The position numbers were made by a program, and so were the translations under genes. This document shows, one piece after another, positions 44,201 to 58,239 of a DNA stretch of 64,000 nt (the first letter of the stretch is position 1; each line of letters starts with the position of its first letter). This DNA comes from Eledone cirrhosa (Eukaryota): NCBI GenBank assembly GCA_964016885.1, contig OZ024748.1, positions 4,340,001 to 4,404,000 of the forward strand, given 5' to 3'. The notes beneath the pieces were generated by a model. The model was not told the origin of the DNA and made no database searches. It saw only the letters and a program-made list of their open reading frames with translations.

Positions 44201-45579
44201 TACATATATATCAAGCGTTAGACTAATACATATATTCCTAGTATTGCATTGTTTGCTTTGTTAATTTCCGTTTGCTTATTATAATATATATATATATATA
44301 TGTAAACATGTGCGTGTATGTGTGTGCGTGTATATTTGTATGTGTGTGTGTGTATGTGTCTGATAGTATCTGTATGTGTATATGTGAATGCATGTATTAT
44401 ATAAAACTGTACTCCAGGCCTTTTCCTAATGTCTTATCAGTTCATTTATATAATTCTTTGTGAAATAATACTATTACATATTTAAACCAGATGGTAAAAC
44501 TGGGACAAACTACACAGTATGATGTGGAATAGGCTTTGTGTTGTTACATATTCTACTAGAAATAGCAGCTGATCAGCTCTCAGTTCATAACCAGGGGAAG
44601 TGGAAGCATTTCTGAATGGGGTCGGGTAGGGTGGCGCATATTTAGTTAATTTAGTTGTATTGATTAATTTAGCTGTTTTTATCAAATATCAACCAAGATA
44701 TAAAAAAACTTCAATATGCGATAAATATAACATGTACATAAATTGTAGCACATATACAAATAGATGTGTATTTTGGTAGTTTGGGGAGAAAAATATAATT
44801 ATTGGTGGACCGCCCCTGACAACCCATGACCATCATGAAATAGCAGGACTTATTGAACAATCTTAACCTAAGTATTAGGTCGTCAAGTATGAAGTTTGTA
44901 GAAAACATTAACAAACTTTGTTTTTTTTTCTACAAATGTCATATTTGATTACCAAATACATTAAGATTATGATCTGTATGAAATAAGCGAGGAGTATTAT
45001 GTTCGGATAACCAATCCGATCGTAAACAAAAGAAGTTCTATTGGATTGGATATAAATACGTTTTAAATAAACATGTTTACAAAAATACTGTGAGTTTTAA
45101 AATGCTGTGCACCCGTCTAATAGTTTACGATGAAACCAGCACCACCACTACACCAGTCAAGCCTTATGGTTAAGGTTACTAGCCCAACATTTTACGATGA
45201 AACCGGCAGCTCCACTACACCAGTTAAGGTTTGTGATGAAGGTTACCAGAAACACTAGAAGACTAAAAACATTTCTATCAAAAGAACAAATGAACCGATG
45301 AAGTTGATCTCTCTAGTAATATAGCAGGGACATAGGAATTGCAGTTTTGGTATGAGGCTCAATATAAAAAAAGCACTGGGATTGAGTCATACCTTAACTT
45401 TTGTTATGAATTGTCCATTGTATTAGGTTAAACTACTTGAGCCGTCACTCACATTCGAGTATGGCTTGATAGTACGTGCCATTTTAGGGCCTTATGCTGC
45501 ACGAGCAGAAACGGCCCTCTCAACTCCAACTCCTTTGATTTATTCCAAAGATATAACAGCAGGGATAGCACAGGCTGCA

Positions 45580-45665
45580 CAAGCACTTGGCTGTTAATTC
45601 TTTTATCGGTGCCGAAAGAATGAAAGGCAAAATAACGTACGGCGTGATTTGAACTTAGAACGTTG
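45580..45665 (-). mobile_element. SINE family A, diverged fragment
   Basis: ttttatcggtgccgaaagaatgaaaggcaaa...gatttgaacttagaacg. Confidence 0.7.
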
Positions 45666-45872
45666 AGCCCCGGATCAATTATTTGAACACAGAGTCCCTG
45701 TTTAAATGAGTTGATAATACTGGACATGTAAGGTATTTGTATTGAATCAATTCTGAGGAGTTTATTCTAACAGCAATGGAATATTTTTCTTAGTCTAACG
45801 AAAAGGTCGTAAAACAATTAAATGATTTAATTAAAATCCTTGTTAATCTGTTCTCTCCCCCCCCCCTCGCAT

Positions 45873-45952
<80 letters not shown>

Positions 45953-46476
45953 GTGTGTGCGTATATAATGTGGAAGTTGTACATATTTGTATTAATTCAG
46001 AACGCTTCCGAAGAGATAGACACGTCTACTCTTATCGAAACCATTGGTAATGCACGACTGCATATGTATATATGTATGTATATATATACATTTATATATA
46101 CACACATTTATATATACACACATTTATATACGGATATATATATATACGATGATGATATATTCACGAGCCCTAATTTAAATGCCGTACATCCATATGTAAA
46201 CGAAGATATTTCCGTAAAGCGTTCAAGTGGAGCTTAGAATGTAATCAGTTCTCTTCCGGCTCCGATTTCAAGGCACCAAGTACATGGTTCCACCTCCTAC
46301 ATCCCTGGATAGAGCGCTAGACTATTACACGTGTCACTCCCAGACGATCGAGTTTCATTACATATAAACATGAGGAATCGAATGCTTCGTTTTGGCTTTC
46401 AACAAAAAAACATAAATTATCTGCCCGACCCACTCGATGAATAAATGTATGTCTATATACATGCATGCTTATACAC

Positions 46477-46557
<81 letters not shown>

Positions 46558-46663
46558 TTATTTATGTGAGTGTGTATGCGTGTGGATATACAGACATATG
46601 TATATATACGTATATACAGACATATATACGTATATATACAGACATATGTATATATACGTATGT

Positions 46664-46723
<60 letters not shown>

Positions 46724-46930
46724 ATAATAATAAATTTGAAGACATGTATGTATGTATATATGTATGCATCTATATGTATATATATATGTGTGTGTGTATG
46801 TATACATACAGATATGTATATGTGTATATGTACGTATATATGTATATGTATGTATATATATATATGCATATGAATGTATGTGTATGCATATGTGTATATG
46901 TATGTATATATGTATATGTATGTATATATG

Positions 46931-46994
<64 letters not shown>

Positions 46995-47034
46995 TAAAAT
47001 AACAGATTTTAGTCTTCAAATTTATTATTATTAC

Positions 47035-47098
<64 letters not shown>

Positions 47099-47194
47099 CA
47101 TATATAATATACATATATATATACATATACGTGTAATATATATATATATTATTCAAAATGTTAACAAATGAAAGATATTCGCATAATCAAAATA

Positions 47195-47266
47195 TATACT
47201 TTATTATATATATTTCAATGGTACTGTGCTGTTTTTTTTTAGTACGTCCTCATCAGATAAAATATA
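47195..47266 (-). ncRNA. Minimal type-I hammerhead motif, related to the 14.6-kb family
   Basis: tatattttat-CTGATGA-ggacgtact..agtaccatt-GAAA-tatata-TA-ataaagtata. Stem I is 10 bp and stem III is palindromic. It sits in a roughly 47145-47350 element between (TA)n tracts. Confidence 0.8.
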
Positions 47267-47592
47267 TGATTTAATATATGACATACCGCTACGGTCTTGA
47301 TTATTCAATTCCCGTATTGGCAGTGATTTATTTCATCAAATCTCAACGTTTATATATATATATATATATATATATGCGTGTGTGCATGTATGTATATATA
47401 TATATTGTATAAAAACAGCTGCTACTGGTGTTTTGGCTGACAATGATTTACATAAATAATAATAATAATAATTGTTTCTACTTTAGGCACAAGGCCAATG
47501 ATGATTATACGACATTGTATTAATATAACCTATATATATATATATATATATATATACACGTGTATTTTCTACGCTGATATTTTACTATATAA

Positions 47593-47912
47593 AATAATTG
47601 TTTCTACTTTTGGCACAAGGTCAGCAATTACCCTAGTGCATTACTGGTACTTTATTTTACCGACCCTGTAAGGATGAAAGGCAAAGTTAACCTCGGCGGA
47701 ATTTGAACTCAGACCGTAAAGGGCGGTAACTCTATGCTGCAAAGCATGATGTCCGAATCTCTATCGATACTGCCAATCCAATGAAATAATTGTTTCTGAT
47801 TGTGGGACAAGGCCAACAATTTTGGGGAAGGGAAAGTCGATTAATTCTACCCCAGTGCATTACTGGTACTTTATTTTATCGACCCCGTAAAGATGAAATG
47901 CAACACTATCCT

Positions 47913-47916
<4 letters not shown>
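47593..47916 (-). mobile_element. Two tandem SINE family A copies (47593-47781 and 47785-47916)
   Basis: Both carry actggtactttatttta.cgaccc.gtaa.gatgaaa. Confidence 0.85.
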
Positions 47917-47947
<31 letters not shown>

Positions 47948-48227
47948 TAAGTCCATAGAATCATTAGGTAAAATATATACAGTATTTCTCCTATAAATCA
48001 ACCACACAAAAAATCCTTTAAACGAGGCTATAAGTTTAAAATATACTTATGAAGAAAGAATAGATAAATGATATAGCTTCTTATCCGCGACTTATAACTA
48101 CAAACAATTTACCCAGTATTTCTATTAGCCTGTAGAAATTGACTAGACTTATAGTTAGCTATACATAATTAGGTACATAATCAAAGTTAGAAGAAAAAAT
48201 GTACATAGACCATACCAAAATCATCAA

Positions 48228-48264
<37 letters not shown>

Positions 48265-48296
48265 AAAAAAATAGAGGTGTGACACACGAGTTGTGA

Positions 48297-48669
<373 letters not shown>

Positions 48670-48846
48670 CAAACATCATGGGCGCTCTATCTCAAAATTA
48701 TTTTTGAAAAGCATTAGAAATGCGCAACTGGTAAAAACTTAAAACCAAAACTGAATACTAACCAATACTTATTACTAATTTTTACTTATTCCTAATTAAA
48801 CTATTTTTCACTGGGAACAATTTGTCAGCATTTTCTTATCCTTTTA

Positions 48847-48852
<6 letters not shown>
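48670..48852 (+). mobile_element. PLE-like terminal repeat, family U-related (copy 3), with decayed U3-A8 hammerhead
   Basis: ctctatctcaa...ttt-TTGAAAA(48704-48710)-gcat tagaa atgc-GCAA-ctgg-TA-aaa. Confidence 0.65.
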
Positions 48853-48895
<43 letters not shown>

Positions 48896-48898
48896 ATG

Positions 48899-48979
<81 letters not shown>

Positions 48980-49015
48980 ATGTATATAGGTATATATATA
49001 TGTATATATATATAT

Positions 49016-49246
49016 AGTAATAATAATAAATTTGAAGACTAAAATCCAAAGAGGGCTCGATAGGATAAATATATATCAAATATATAAGAACCGTAGAGCA
49101 AATATTCATTAAAATAACAGATTAAAGTTTAAGCAAAGAATTGCTGCTTTCACCCTTAACGGGATCTTCTGAAAACTCAGAAGATCCCGTTACGGGTGAA
49201 AGCAGCGATTCTTTGCTTAAACTTTAATCTGTTATTTTAATAAATA
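49016..49246 (-). mobile_element. Family B element with fold-back palindrome 49108-49241
   Basis: Reverse complement of 18861-19085, with loop aaac at 49173-49176. Confidence 0.8.
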
Positions 49247-50254
49247 TGCAAGCGTGGAAGATGGACGTTAAACGATACTGATGATGATGGTGATGATGAT
49301 GATGATATATACATATATATATATATATATAGAAGACACAGGAAAGTTGAAATTCATGGTTGATTATACAGAATGACCAGTTCTATCAAGCAATATTATT
49401 ACAACAATATGACCCTCCCCAAGTATAACAATATATATATATATATATGTGTGTGTGTGGGGGTGGGTGGGTGTGTGTTGAGTGTATACAGTACACACAT
49501 ATCCATGTATGTGTGTATAATCTGAAATTGTGTATCCCTACAATATTTAAAATAGAAACCTCCCTGCAAATTATAAACAAACGTGAACACATTTTCCTAT
49601 CTCTCTGTAGACGGAGGTTCATTTCTACATGGAACGACATCAGAGTACATATATCCTCATTACTTTCTATTTATATAAAACCAACACCATGACTCAACTG
49701 AAATCACCAATCTAATTTGCATATTTCTGCGATTGTTTACAATGTGGTTAATTAATTAAATATTTGTTTGGGTCCCAAAACGCTTAACACTCGTTGCCTT
49801 AACTATCTTAGATGCTACAAGGTGACATAAGGTTGTGAAATAAGATCTGTTAATAAATGTCATAGAAAAGTGTTAAATGATGCTGAGGATGGGGGGGGGG
49901 GGGGGGTTAGGGGCGTGGAAGCTGCTTCGTTGAACTTTAATAACTTAGAAGTGTGCTGTGTGTGTGGTCGAGTGTTACATTGAAGATAGATTTATGCAAA
50001 GATGAAGATATCCATAGTGCCCTACAGAGTTATGGGACTTGAAACAGTACGTCCACAACCCAAAGCAATGGTACTGATGCTCACTCTCACCCCTCCCACC
50101 ACCACCATTAACCCAACAACATTTCACTACCACCGTTAACGTAGCCATTAGCAAATATTGTCCTTATATAACTACAACACCTTCATCACAACATCTTCGC
50201 CCCCTACATGGCTGTTGTGATGTTCATGCATTTTCTCAATCTTACAGTCAATAT

Positions 50255-50385
50255 TCCGCCCCTTGCTATTCTGAGTTCAAATCCCACCAAGGTTAACTTT
50301 GCCTTTCATCCTTACGGGGCCGATAAAATAAAGTACCAGTAATGCACTGGGTATTGCTAGCTTTGTGCCAAAAGTAGAACAACAT
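50255..50385 (+). mobile_element. SINE family A, 5'-truncated
   Basis: ctgagttcaaatccc...gataaaataaagtaccagt. Confidence 0.85.
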
Positions 50386-51404
50386 TCTGCCTCACGATAT
50401 CACCCCCCCCCCCTCCAAAAAAATTTACATATCAAAGTTATCCTGGTGCAAGTAATTGGAATTGAAAGGTTATACATAAAGGTATTAAATTCAAAAAATT
50501 CTAACCACCCTAAAACTAAAAAGCCTAACTGAGGGCACAAATGAATTGCTAGGGACATCGCTGGTGGGGCCTCGCACTGCAGGGGCTCGGGGCAATTGCA
50601 TTTTTTACCTCCCATTAAATACAGCCCCTGAAAATAATCCTAGAAACGTCATATCCAAGAACCGTCACGGTGTGATTAAAACTGTAACGTCTTATATCAT
50701 AGATAAATGGGACAGAGTTGACCACTGGGATCTCTACAACAGTACAATATCTTTAAAATCATAACCTACAGTCTAAAATAAATAAAGGTCACGTTGCATG
50801 TTGCATTCCTTTGTAAAGCAACCAAAATGTTAAGTAGTAGCCACGTTTAGAATCTCTTTGTAACTTTTATGAAATACACCAGTGCCTGAAGTCTAAGCCT
50901 AACAAGGTTTTATGTCTTCAACAGTACCGCAGTTACAGGCGTGATGGGAAGCTGCGTTCAAAATAGCGGACATTTTGAATTGCATCTCTAAGATAACATC
51001 TGCTGGATCAGAGTTAACTGACAACTACACAACATCAACAACAAAGACAATAACAAAACAAAAACTATTGTATAAAGGAGCGCGATATATACTCGTACTT
51101 TAGATATATTTTAATCAGAAAGACACTGCTCTTCATATATACATACATACGGCCCACATCACAAACTGCTACACATACACTCATGCTCATTCGTATAACA
51201 CAAACGGTAAGAGACGCGGACATATTTATGGTACAGTTTCGGTTTTCCTTCTTAGAAATCTTTCCCTATTTGGTGGATTTTTTCATGCATCAACATCATC
51301 ATCACAAAAACCATCATCGTTAACATAACCATCATCACAACTATCATCAACATCGTTATCATCACAACCACCATCAAGCCTATATTCATCATCACCACCA
51401 TCAT

Positions 51405-51592
51405 TATAGAGTTACAGCCCTTTATGCTCTGAGTCCAAATTCCACCAAGGTTAGCTTTGCCTTTCATCCTTACGGGGTCGATAAAATAAAGTACCTGTCA
51501 CGTACTGGTGTCGATTTAATCGACTTTCTCCTTCCCTTCAAATTGCTGGCCTTGTGCCTGAGTCAGAAATCAGTATTATTATTATTATTATT
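51405..51592 (+). mobile_element. SINE family A, 5'-truncated
   Basis: Family A body followed by an (ATT)n tail. Confidence 0.85.
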
Positions 51593-51856
51593 GTGCCTGT
51601 AGCATCGTAGGAGGAACACTGGAAGAGGGCATTGCCCTAGCGGCCAGGGTAACCGTGGCTTTTCTTGTGGGCTTTCTCCACGAGCGACCCTCGGAGGTCT
51701 CCCCACTATTGGGGAATTTTTTCATTGCTTCCTTTTTTTGTCACATACTCTGTTTTTGTTTTTTTTACACGCAGAAATGCCCATTTGTACCGTCCTGTAT
51801 TGTCCTGTACTGTCCTTAATGTTATACTTTGTGTCAACCCTTGTGGTTAATAAAGA

Positions 51857-51908
<52 letters not shown>

Positions 51909-51909
51909 A

Positions 51910-52091
51910 TGGCGGTGGATTGGCAGTATTGGTAGAGGGTCGGACGCCATGCTTTGACGCATAGAGTTACGGCCCTTGCCATTCTGAGTTCAAATCCCGC
52001 CGAGGTTAACTTTGCCTTTCATCCTTACGGGGTCGATAAAATAAAGTACCAGTAATACACTGAGGGGGAAATTGCTGGCCTTGTGCCTAAC
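51910..52091 (+). mobile_element. SINE family A, full length
   Basis: A box ttggcagtattggtag and B box gagttcaaatccc. It directly follows (ATT)n. Confidence 0.9.
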
Positions 52092-52514
52092 GTTCTCAGT
52101 CATTGATGTTATTTAACTGGAAAGTTTGTTGAAATGAATATCAAGCCACTACCTGCAGCCTCAGACATCATTATTATTATTATTATTATTATTATTAGGC
52201 AGACAGCACCAATTACAATGTTGTGGGATATCAGCAGCCATCATGAGTAATCATCGCTTATTCCTTGTTAGATTCAATAAATCCCTTCTATCGTTATTAA
52301 TATTGATGATGTCGTTATTACTGTCGTTGTATTTTTTGTTGTTAATGATACCACAGAGGAGGATGTCAATGGTGGTTGTGGTGATGATAATGACAGGGAG
52401 AGGGGCAGATGATGACGATGATGATGGTGAGGAGGAGGAGGGGGGAGGGGGTTGATTATGTTGAAAAGTACAGTGAGGATGTTAATGATAGTGGTCGAAA
52501 AGACTAGAAAAATA

Positions 52515-52947
52515 GATGATGATGATGATGATGATGATGGTGATGATGGTGATGATGATGATGGTGATGATGATGATGGTGGTGATGATGATGATGATGA
52601 TGATGGTGATGATGGTGATGATGATGATGATGATGATGATGATGGTGATGATGGTGATGATGGCAAGGAAAGAGGTGAACAAATGTTAATTATGATGGAC
52701 ACTACTATTATTATAGAGATGATATGTTGGAGGACTGGCAGTAGCGGCAGAGGGTTGGACGCCATGCTTTACAACATAGTTACGTCCCTTTACGTTCTGA
52801 GTTCAAATCTCGCCGAGGTTAACTTTGCCTTTCTTCATTAGGGGGGGTCTATAAAATAAAATACCAGTAATACACTGGGATAATTGCTGCAAAAAGTAGA
52901 AACAATTATTATAGAGATGATATTATGCCAGATGATGGTGACAGTAG

Positions 52948-52990
<43 letters not shown>
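52515..52990. repeat. (GAT)n tracts flanking a SINE
   Basis: Directly visible. The segment ggaaagaggt.aac.aatgttaattatga is duplicated at about 52667 and 52993. Confidence 0.85.
52729..52911 (+). mobile_element. SINE family A
   Basis: Same consensus as the other copies. Confidence 0.85.
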
Positions 52991-52992
<2 letters not shown>

Positions 52993-53182
52993 GGAAAGAG
53001 GTAAACGAATGTTAATTATGACTGACTCTACTATTATGATGATGATATGCCAGATCTGTAGATTGGCAGAATCGGTAGAGCGTTCGACAAAATACATTGG
53101 AGTATTTAACTATGACTTTAAACATAAATCGATAGTCGATTGATTAGATCCCAAACCTCATTCGCTTAACGAGGAGTAACTT

Positions 53183-53376
53183 GTCAAATCGGACCGAGGA
53201 AACAATGTTTCCATTGGTCTTTCCAATTGCTAATACTATCTATCGGTTGCAACTCCAGGTAGAAGCAACGTGAAATAAAGTGTCTTGCTCAAGGACATAA
53301 CGCATCGCTGGGTCTGGGAATCGAAATCACAACCTTACGATTGCGAATCTCATTCTCTAACCACTCAGTCACGTGA
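53183..53376 (-). mobile_element. CORE-like SINE family B
   Basis: Reverse complement of 53548-53748. Confidence 0.85.
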
Positions 53377-53547
53377 CTTAAACATACATATAATCTGAAT
53401 ATTTATAATATTTTTTTAATAATTCCATTTTTAAAAGATAAATTAAACACATTCTGTCGGTTTCGTAGATCGGAGTGTCCTAGTGTGTACCAGAGTTATA
53501 ATACACTGGTCGGTTTAAATTTTGTCCTAACAAATAATTGTTAGTGA

Positions 53548-53765
53548 GGGCGCGTGGTCGAGTTGTTAGATAACTGGATTCGCAATCGTGAGGTTGTGAG
53601 TTCGATTCCCGAACCGGGCGATGCGGTGTGTTCTTGGGCAAGACACTTTATTTTATGTTGCTCCTTCTACCTGGAGTTGCGACCGATAGATAGTATTAGC
53701 AATTGGAAAGACCAATGGAAACATTGTTTCCTCGGTCCGATTTGACGAAAGTCGATCGACTGTCG
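53548..53765 (+). mobile_element. CORE-like SINE family B
   Basis: tRNA head with A box gtggtcgagttgttag and B box gttcgattccc, followed by gtgttcttgggcaagacacttta. Confidence 0.85.
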
Positions 53766-53766
53766 A

Positions 53767-53882
53767 AATAATTGTTTCTACGTTTGGCACAAGGCCAGCA
53801 ATAACCCAGTACATTACTGGTACTTTATTTCATCGACCCCGTAAGGATGAAAGGCAAAGTTAATCTCGGCGGGATTTGAACT
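53767..53882 (-). mobile_element. SINE family A, partial
   Basis: Reverse complement of the family A body. Confidence 0.85.
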
Positions 53883-54499
53883 AGAAAGAAATAATATATG
53901 CTTTTAATATATTCGTGTATATTGAATTCAATGCGTTGTATAATATAAATTTGTCCATCACCCATGACTTTCTTACGTCAAAGCTACAATGGGTTTTGAT
54001 TTATGTACATGGCCAACAATTATTCGATGCAGCTGTTTTACATATGCATTTGTGTGTATGTTGGGGTGGGGGTGAGGGTGAGCGCGTGTGTGTATAAACA
54101 CACACACATATAGATATATATATATTGTTTGCTCTTCTTTTGTGTGAAACTGTTTCCAGTTATATATAATTGTGTAATATATACTAACTAGCATAGTACC
54201 TGTAAAAAACGACGTGGTATATAGTAAAGTATTTAATTTAACATTCTTTGTAAAGACGACTGAACCTTCACCTTCCTTGACATTTATTTTCTCCTTATTT
54301 TTGCCGCATTCCATTTTACATTCATTGAAATCAATTAAATAATCTTCCTCAATATTTCCTTTAAACACGACCAAACCTACTCCCCTGTCTATAGTCAGAC
54401 TGTAATTGGGAGATGTGGTTTGTTGTTATTGTTCCAAAATAGACGCAAATTGATAAAGAGGCAGACATGTGAAGAAGTAATCAGATAGGTTCATAGATG

Positions 54500-54575
<76 letters not shown>

Positions 54576-54640
54576 CACTGATGTGTAAGTAGGTAGATAA
54601 ACAACTATACAGAAAGCTGTATATATATCTATATATATAT

Positions 54641-54803
54641 AGTGACGAAACATAAATCAATTGCATGAACTCATAATCCTTTATTTACTGCTATATATAC
54701 TTCGATGATAGCCATTGAATGGCTATGACCTCATCAGGCAGTTAGTCAGTTCTTAGATATGCCAGCTCTGTGTTTATAGTGTTGATGGTATCAGAGCCTT
54801 GGG
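54641..54803 (-). mobile_element. PLE-like terminal repeat, family E (copy 1), with hammerhead at 54687-54742
   Basis: actgc-CTGATGA-ggtcatagcca ttcaa tggctatcatc-GAAG-tatata-TA-gcagt, carrying an A15.1>G change. Reverse complement of 59473-59630. Confidence 0.8.
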
Positions 54804-54805
54804 AC

Positions 54806-54842
<37 letters not shown>

Positions 54843-54849
54843 TATATAG

Positions 54850-56580
54850 CGACAACAGAAGGCCGGACTGGAAGATATGGTGTAAATTTTAATTCCATAA
54901 AATCATTATACACATTTCAATAGCTCCATCACCCAAATATGATGCAAGACAGAATGGTCTCATCAGGTAACTTCGACAGAATTACAAACAGGGTTGCGTA
55001 GAACCCATACTTATCGTAGAATATAGGGAAAATTGAATAGGAAATGGAAAAAGGAAAAAAATGAAAATTTGACATGGTGACTGTCTTTAAAAAGACTGTT
55101 GTAGTGTGTGAAGACAGCCCCCAGTTATATGTATAAAATATGTCTTTACTATAACCTCTATTCTTTCGGATATTATATAAAAATGTACGTGAAGATGTTA
55201 CACCAATATTCCTGCTGCCATACTCCAGTTTAATCTGAGACCCGCTAACATTACATAAAGCAATTCAAAATGATAATATGAACCACATCTCAGACGTTTG
55301 GGGGACAAGATGTGGTTAATAAAGCAATGGAAGCAATGGTATTTAAACTAAATCAAAAGCTAAACAGACTTCTTCTGGGAGACTGTAACCAACGCAAGGT
55401 TCAATGGCTGAAAGACCATTTTCTCTCGGGAATATCACTACAAGAGCAAGGACAATCCGAATTCTTGCTTGACCTTTAAGATATGCTATTCATTGAACAT
55501 GTAGTACTACACCCAACGAGGGACGAAAATATCCTATATTTCTGCTTCGCAAATAAGGAGGAGCACATCCATAATGTAAAGGCGAGACCGAAATTTTCTC
55601 GGAACTTAGCATATTGTAGAACTAACAATGTATGATCCTAAGGAAATTGTAGATATGCCTCCTACAGGAAATAACCGAATTTTATCCAACCTGAACCTTC
55701 ACAATGGTAATTGGCAAAAGATTCAGAAACAAAAATGGCCTGATAGTCTCTTCTATGCAAGACATTGGCATAAGACGTAAACATATTCTGACAATAATAC
55801 ATGCCATATGTATTAAATTTATTCCAAAGTGAATGACCAACAGATATAAAAATAGAATTGTTAGAGATAGAAAGAAACTTATAAGAACAAAGACACCAAA
55901 GTGTTTAAATTAAATTAAATAAAAAAACAAATGAAGTTGCTTCTGACGGGACCCGCTGGAAGGAGTGTTTGAGGACTCTGCCCTCACAACCCTCTTTGGA
56001 AGAAGAAGAAGAAGAAGAAGAAGAAGAAGAAGAAGAAGAAGAAGAAGAAGAAGAAGAAGAAGAAGAAGAAGAAGAAGAAGAAGAAGAAGAAGAAGAAGAA
56101 GAAGAAGAATCGCATTTTAAGTGAGCTCTGCTTAAAACTGAAAGTGACCTCACCTCAAAAGGTGCCACGAACAGGTGAGAAGAAAATGATAATTTAGGGT
56201 TTTAAAAATATAAAATAACCCTTAAAGTATTTTGATAGGATCATGTTCCAGGATTGCGAACCTGTAGAGGATAAATGATATACTGAATAAGCAATACACA
56301 AATGTTTTCATATCCCTGATGAAACACATGCAAATAAATAAACCAGACGGGTTCTTTGACACCACAACCATACACACAGAGATGTCAGCCATCAATTTCA
56401 TCTGTATAAAGGAGGAAGATGTAATATCGATCTTAGATGAAATGAGCTGAAATCAAACTAGTGAACAAACTTGACAATTTCCTAGCAAACTAGTGAACAA
56501 ACCTGACAATTTCCTAGCAATCTTCCTAAAAACATGCAAACAGGCCTCAGCAAAACCACTGCAGATACTTTTAGAAATCA
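54850..56580 (+). mobile_element. Decayed CR1/L2-like LINE ORF2 (endonuclease-to-RT linker)
   Basis: PTRDENILYFCFAN at about 55512 (compare PTRxxNILDLxFTN), ILNKQYTNVF at about 56278 and PDNFLAIFLKTCKQASAKPLQILL at about 56502. There are many stops and frameshifts. Confidence 0.7.
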
Positions 56581-56999
56581 CCCTGAGAAAGTTATAGATT
56601 AAGAACTAGCCACTACATTCATTGGGGGAGACGAGGCCATCAATGTTTTTAAAAATGCTCAATTATTGAGAGTCGACCTTCATGGAAAGAGGGTAAATGT
56701 TTTCAAGAAGCACCTCGGCATTTTGCTGTTTAAGATGCCAGATGAAGTTATAGTACACCAAGGAACTCATGTAAGGGCGATTTCAAAAACCTTAATTTGT
56801 GGATTGCTAAGAAAGGAGGAGATGGCTGTAGGTGTAACAAAGGAGGTGCACTACCATGACCAGAGCACGTCTGCTAGAACAGATAGAAGAAAAACATATA
56901 TATGTATTCACACACACACACTCACTCTCTCTCACACATACAGACACGTGTGTGTGTGTGTAAGTATAAAGTATGTATGTGTATATATAAATATATATG

Positions 57000-57035
<36 letters not shown>

Positions 57036-57223
57036 CAGGGTTAGTAAATAAACAAATATGTATATATGAATGTATATAATTATATATATGCATTCATATA
57101 CATTTATACATGCTTACATATTTATGTACATATATATATTTGCATATAAGGGTGTATATGAACAATTTACACACACACACAGACACACACACATACATAT
57201 ATATACATAAATAACTATATATA

Positions 57224-57276
<53 letters not shown>

Positions 57277-57362
57277 GAAAATAGAGAAATTAATGTGAGC
57301 AAGAAGCCAACAGTATATCATAATATATATATATATATGTACGTGAATATGTAAATTTAATT

Positions 57363-57395
<33 letters not shown>

Positions 57396-57599
57396 CATAT
57401 ATATATTTAGATATACACCTACATACATATAAATATATTTATATACTTATTAATATTCTATTCAATCAAATTATGACTCATCAACTTATTTCAAAGTTTA
57501 TGTAGAAGTGATGTGAACACCTCATCGAAGCAGTGCGAAATGTTTTTGTGGGAACATGGTATTTTATTATGGCGTTTACTATTGAAGAGAGACTCCTCA

Positions 57600-57660
<61 letters not shown>

Positions 57661-57766
57661 TTCTCTCTCTCTCTCTCTCTCTATCTATCTTTCTCTCTCT
57701 CTGTATGTATATATATATAATAAAATAACAGGAGGCTGGACTGGTGTAATTCCTTAAAGGTTTATT

Positions 57767-57824
57767 ACACTATGAACATTTCAATGACCGGGTTAAGTAT
57801 GAATCCGGTGACATCATCAGGTAT
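57767..57824 (-). ncRNA. Minimal type-I hammerhead motif (family F)
   Basis: atac-CTGATGA-tgtcaccgg..ccggtcatt-GAAA-tgttca-TA-gtgt. Stem III atgttcat is near-palindromic. Confidence 0.7.
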
Positions 57825-57924
57825 TCGAAATTTAACGAAGGGATATAATCCATGGGGCTGAAAAGGCAGAGTGACAAGAAGGCGGCCACACATTTACCAG
57901 TTTCTAGTTCGGTCGGTCGCCTTC

Positions 57925-57972
<48 letters not shown>

Positions 57973-58045
57973 ATAATAATAAATGCCAAGACTAAAATCC
58001 AAAGAGGGCTCGATAAGGATAAATATATATCGTATATATAAGAAA

Positions 58046-58131
58046 TGACAGCGATAATGAGGGACAGAGACCGCTGGAGAGAACTCGTCCATGGATCTCT
58101 GGAATTTTACCCGCCTTAGATAGATAGATAG
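58046..58131 (+). mobile_element. 5'-truncated RTE-like LINE end with (TAGA)n tail and 10-bp TSD, inserted in a family B element
   Basis: Translates MTAIMRDRDRWRELVHG (RTE DRxxWR motif). atataagaaa occurs at 58036-58045 and 58132-58141. Confidence 0.7.
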
Positions 58132-58239
58132 ATATAAGAAACCTAGAGCAAATATTTATATTACTCTTTTACTCTTTTACCTGTTTCAGCCATCCGGCTG
58201 AGAGCCATGCTGGGGTACCGCATATATATATATATATTT

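Noticed and set aside
47945-48230. Possible PLE endonuclease remnant (EKYCI, minus strand); similarly 5970-6250 and 58700-59350
   Set aside because: Too decayed to support by eye. It needs a profile search.
53550-53625. Functional tRNA gene
   Set aside because: It has no acceptor-stem closure and continues into a multi-copy SINE body.
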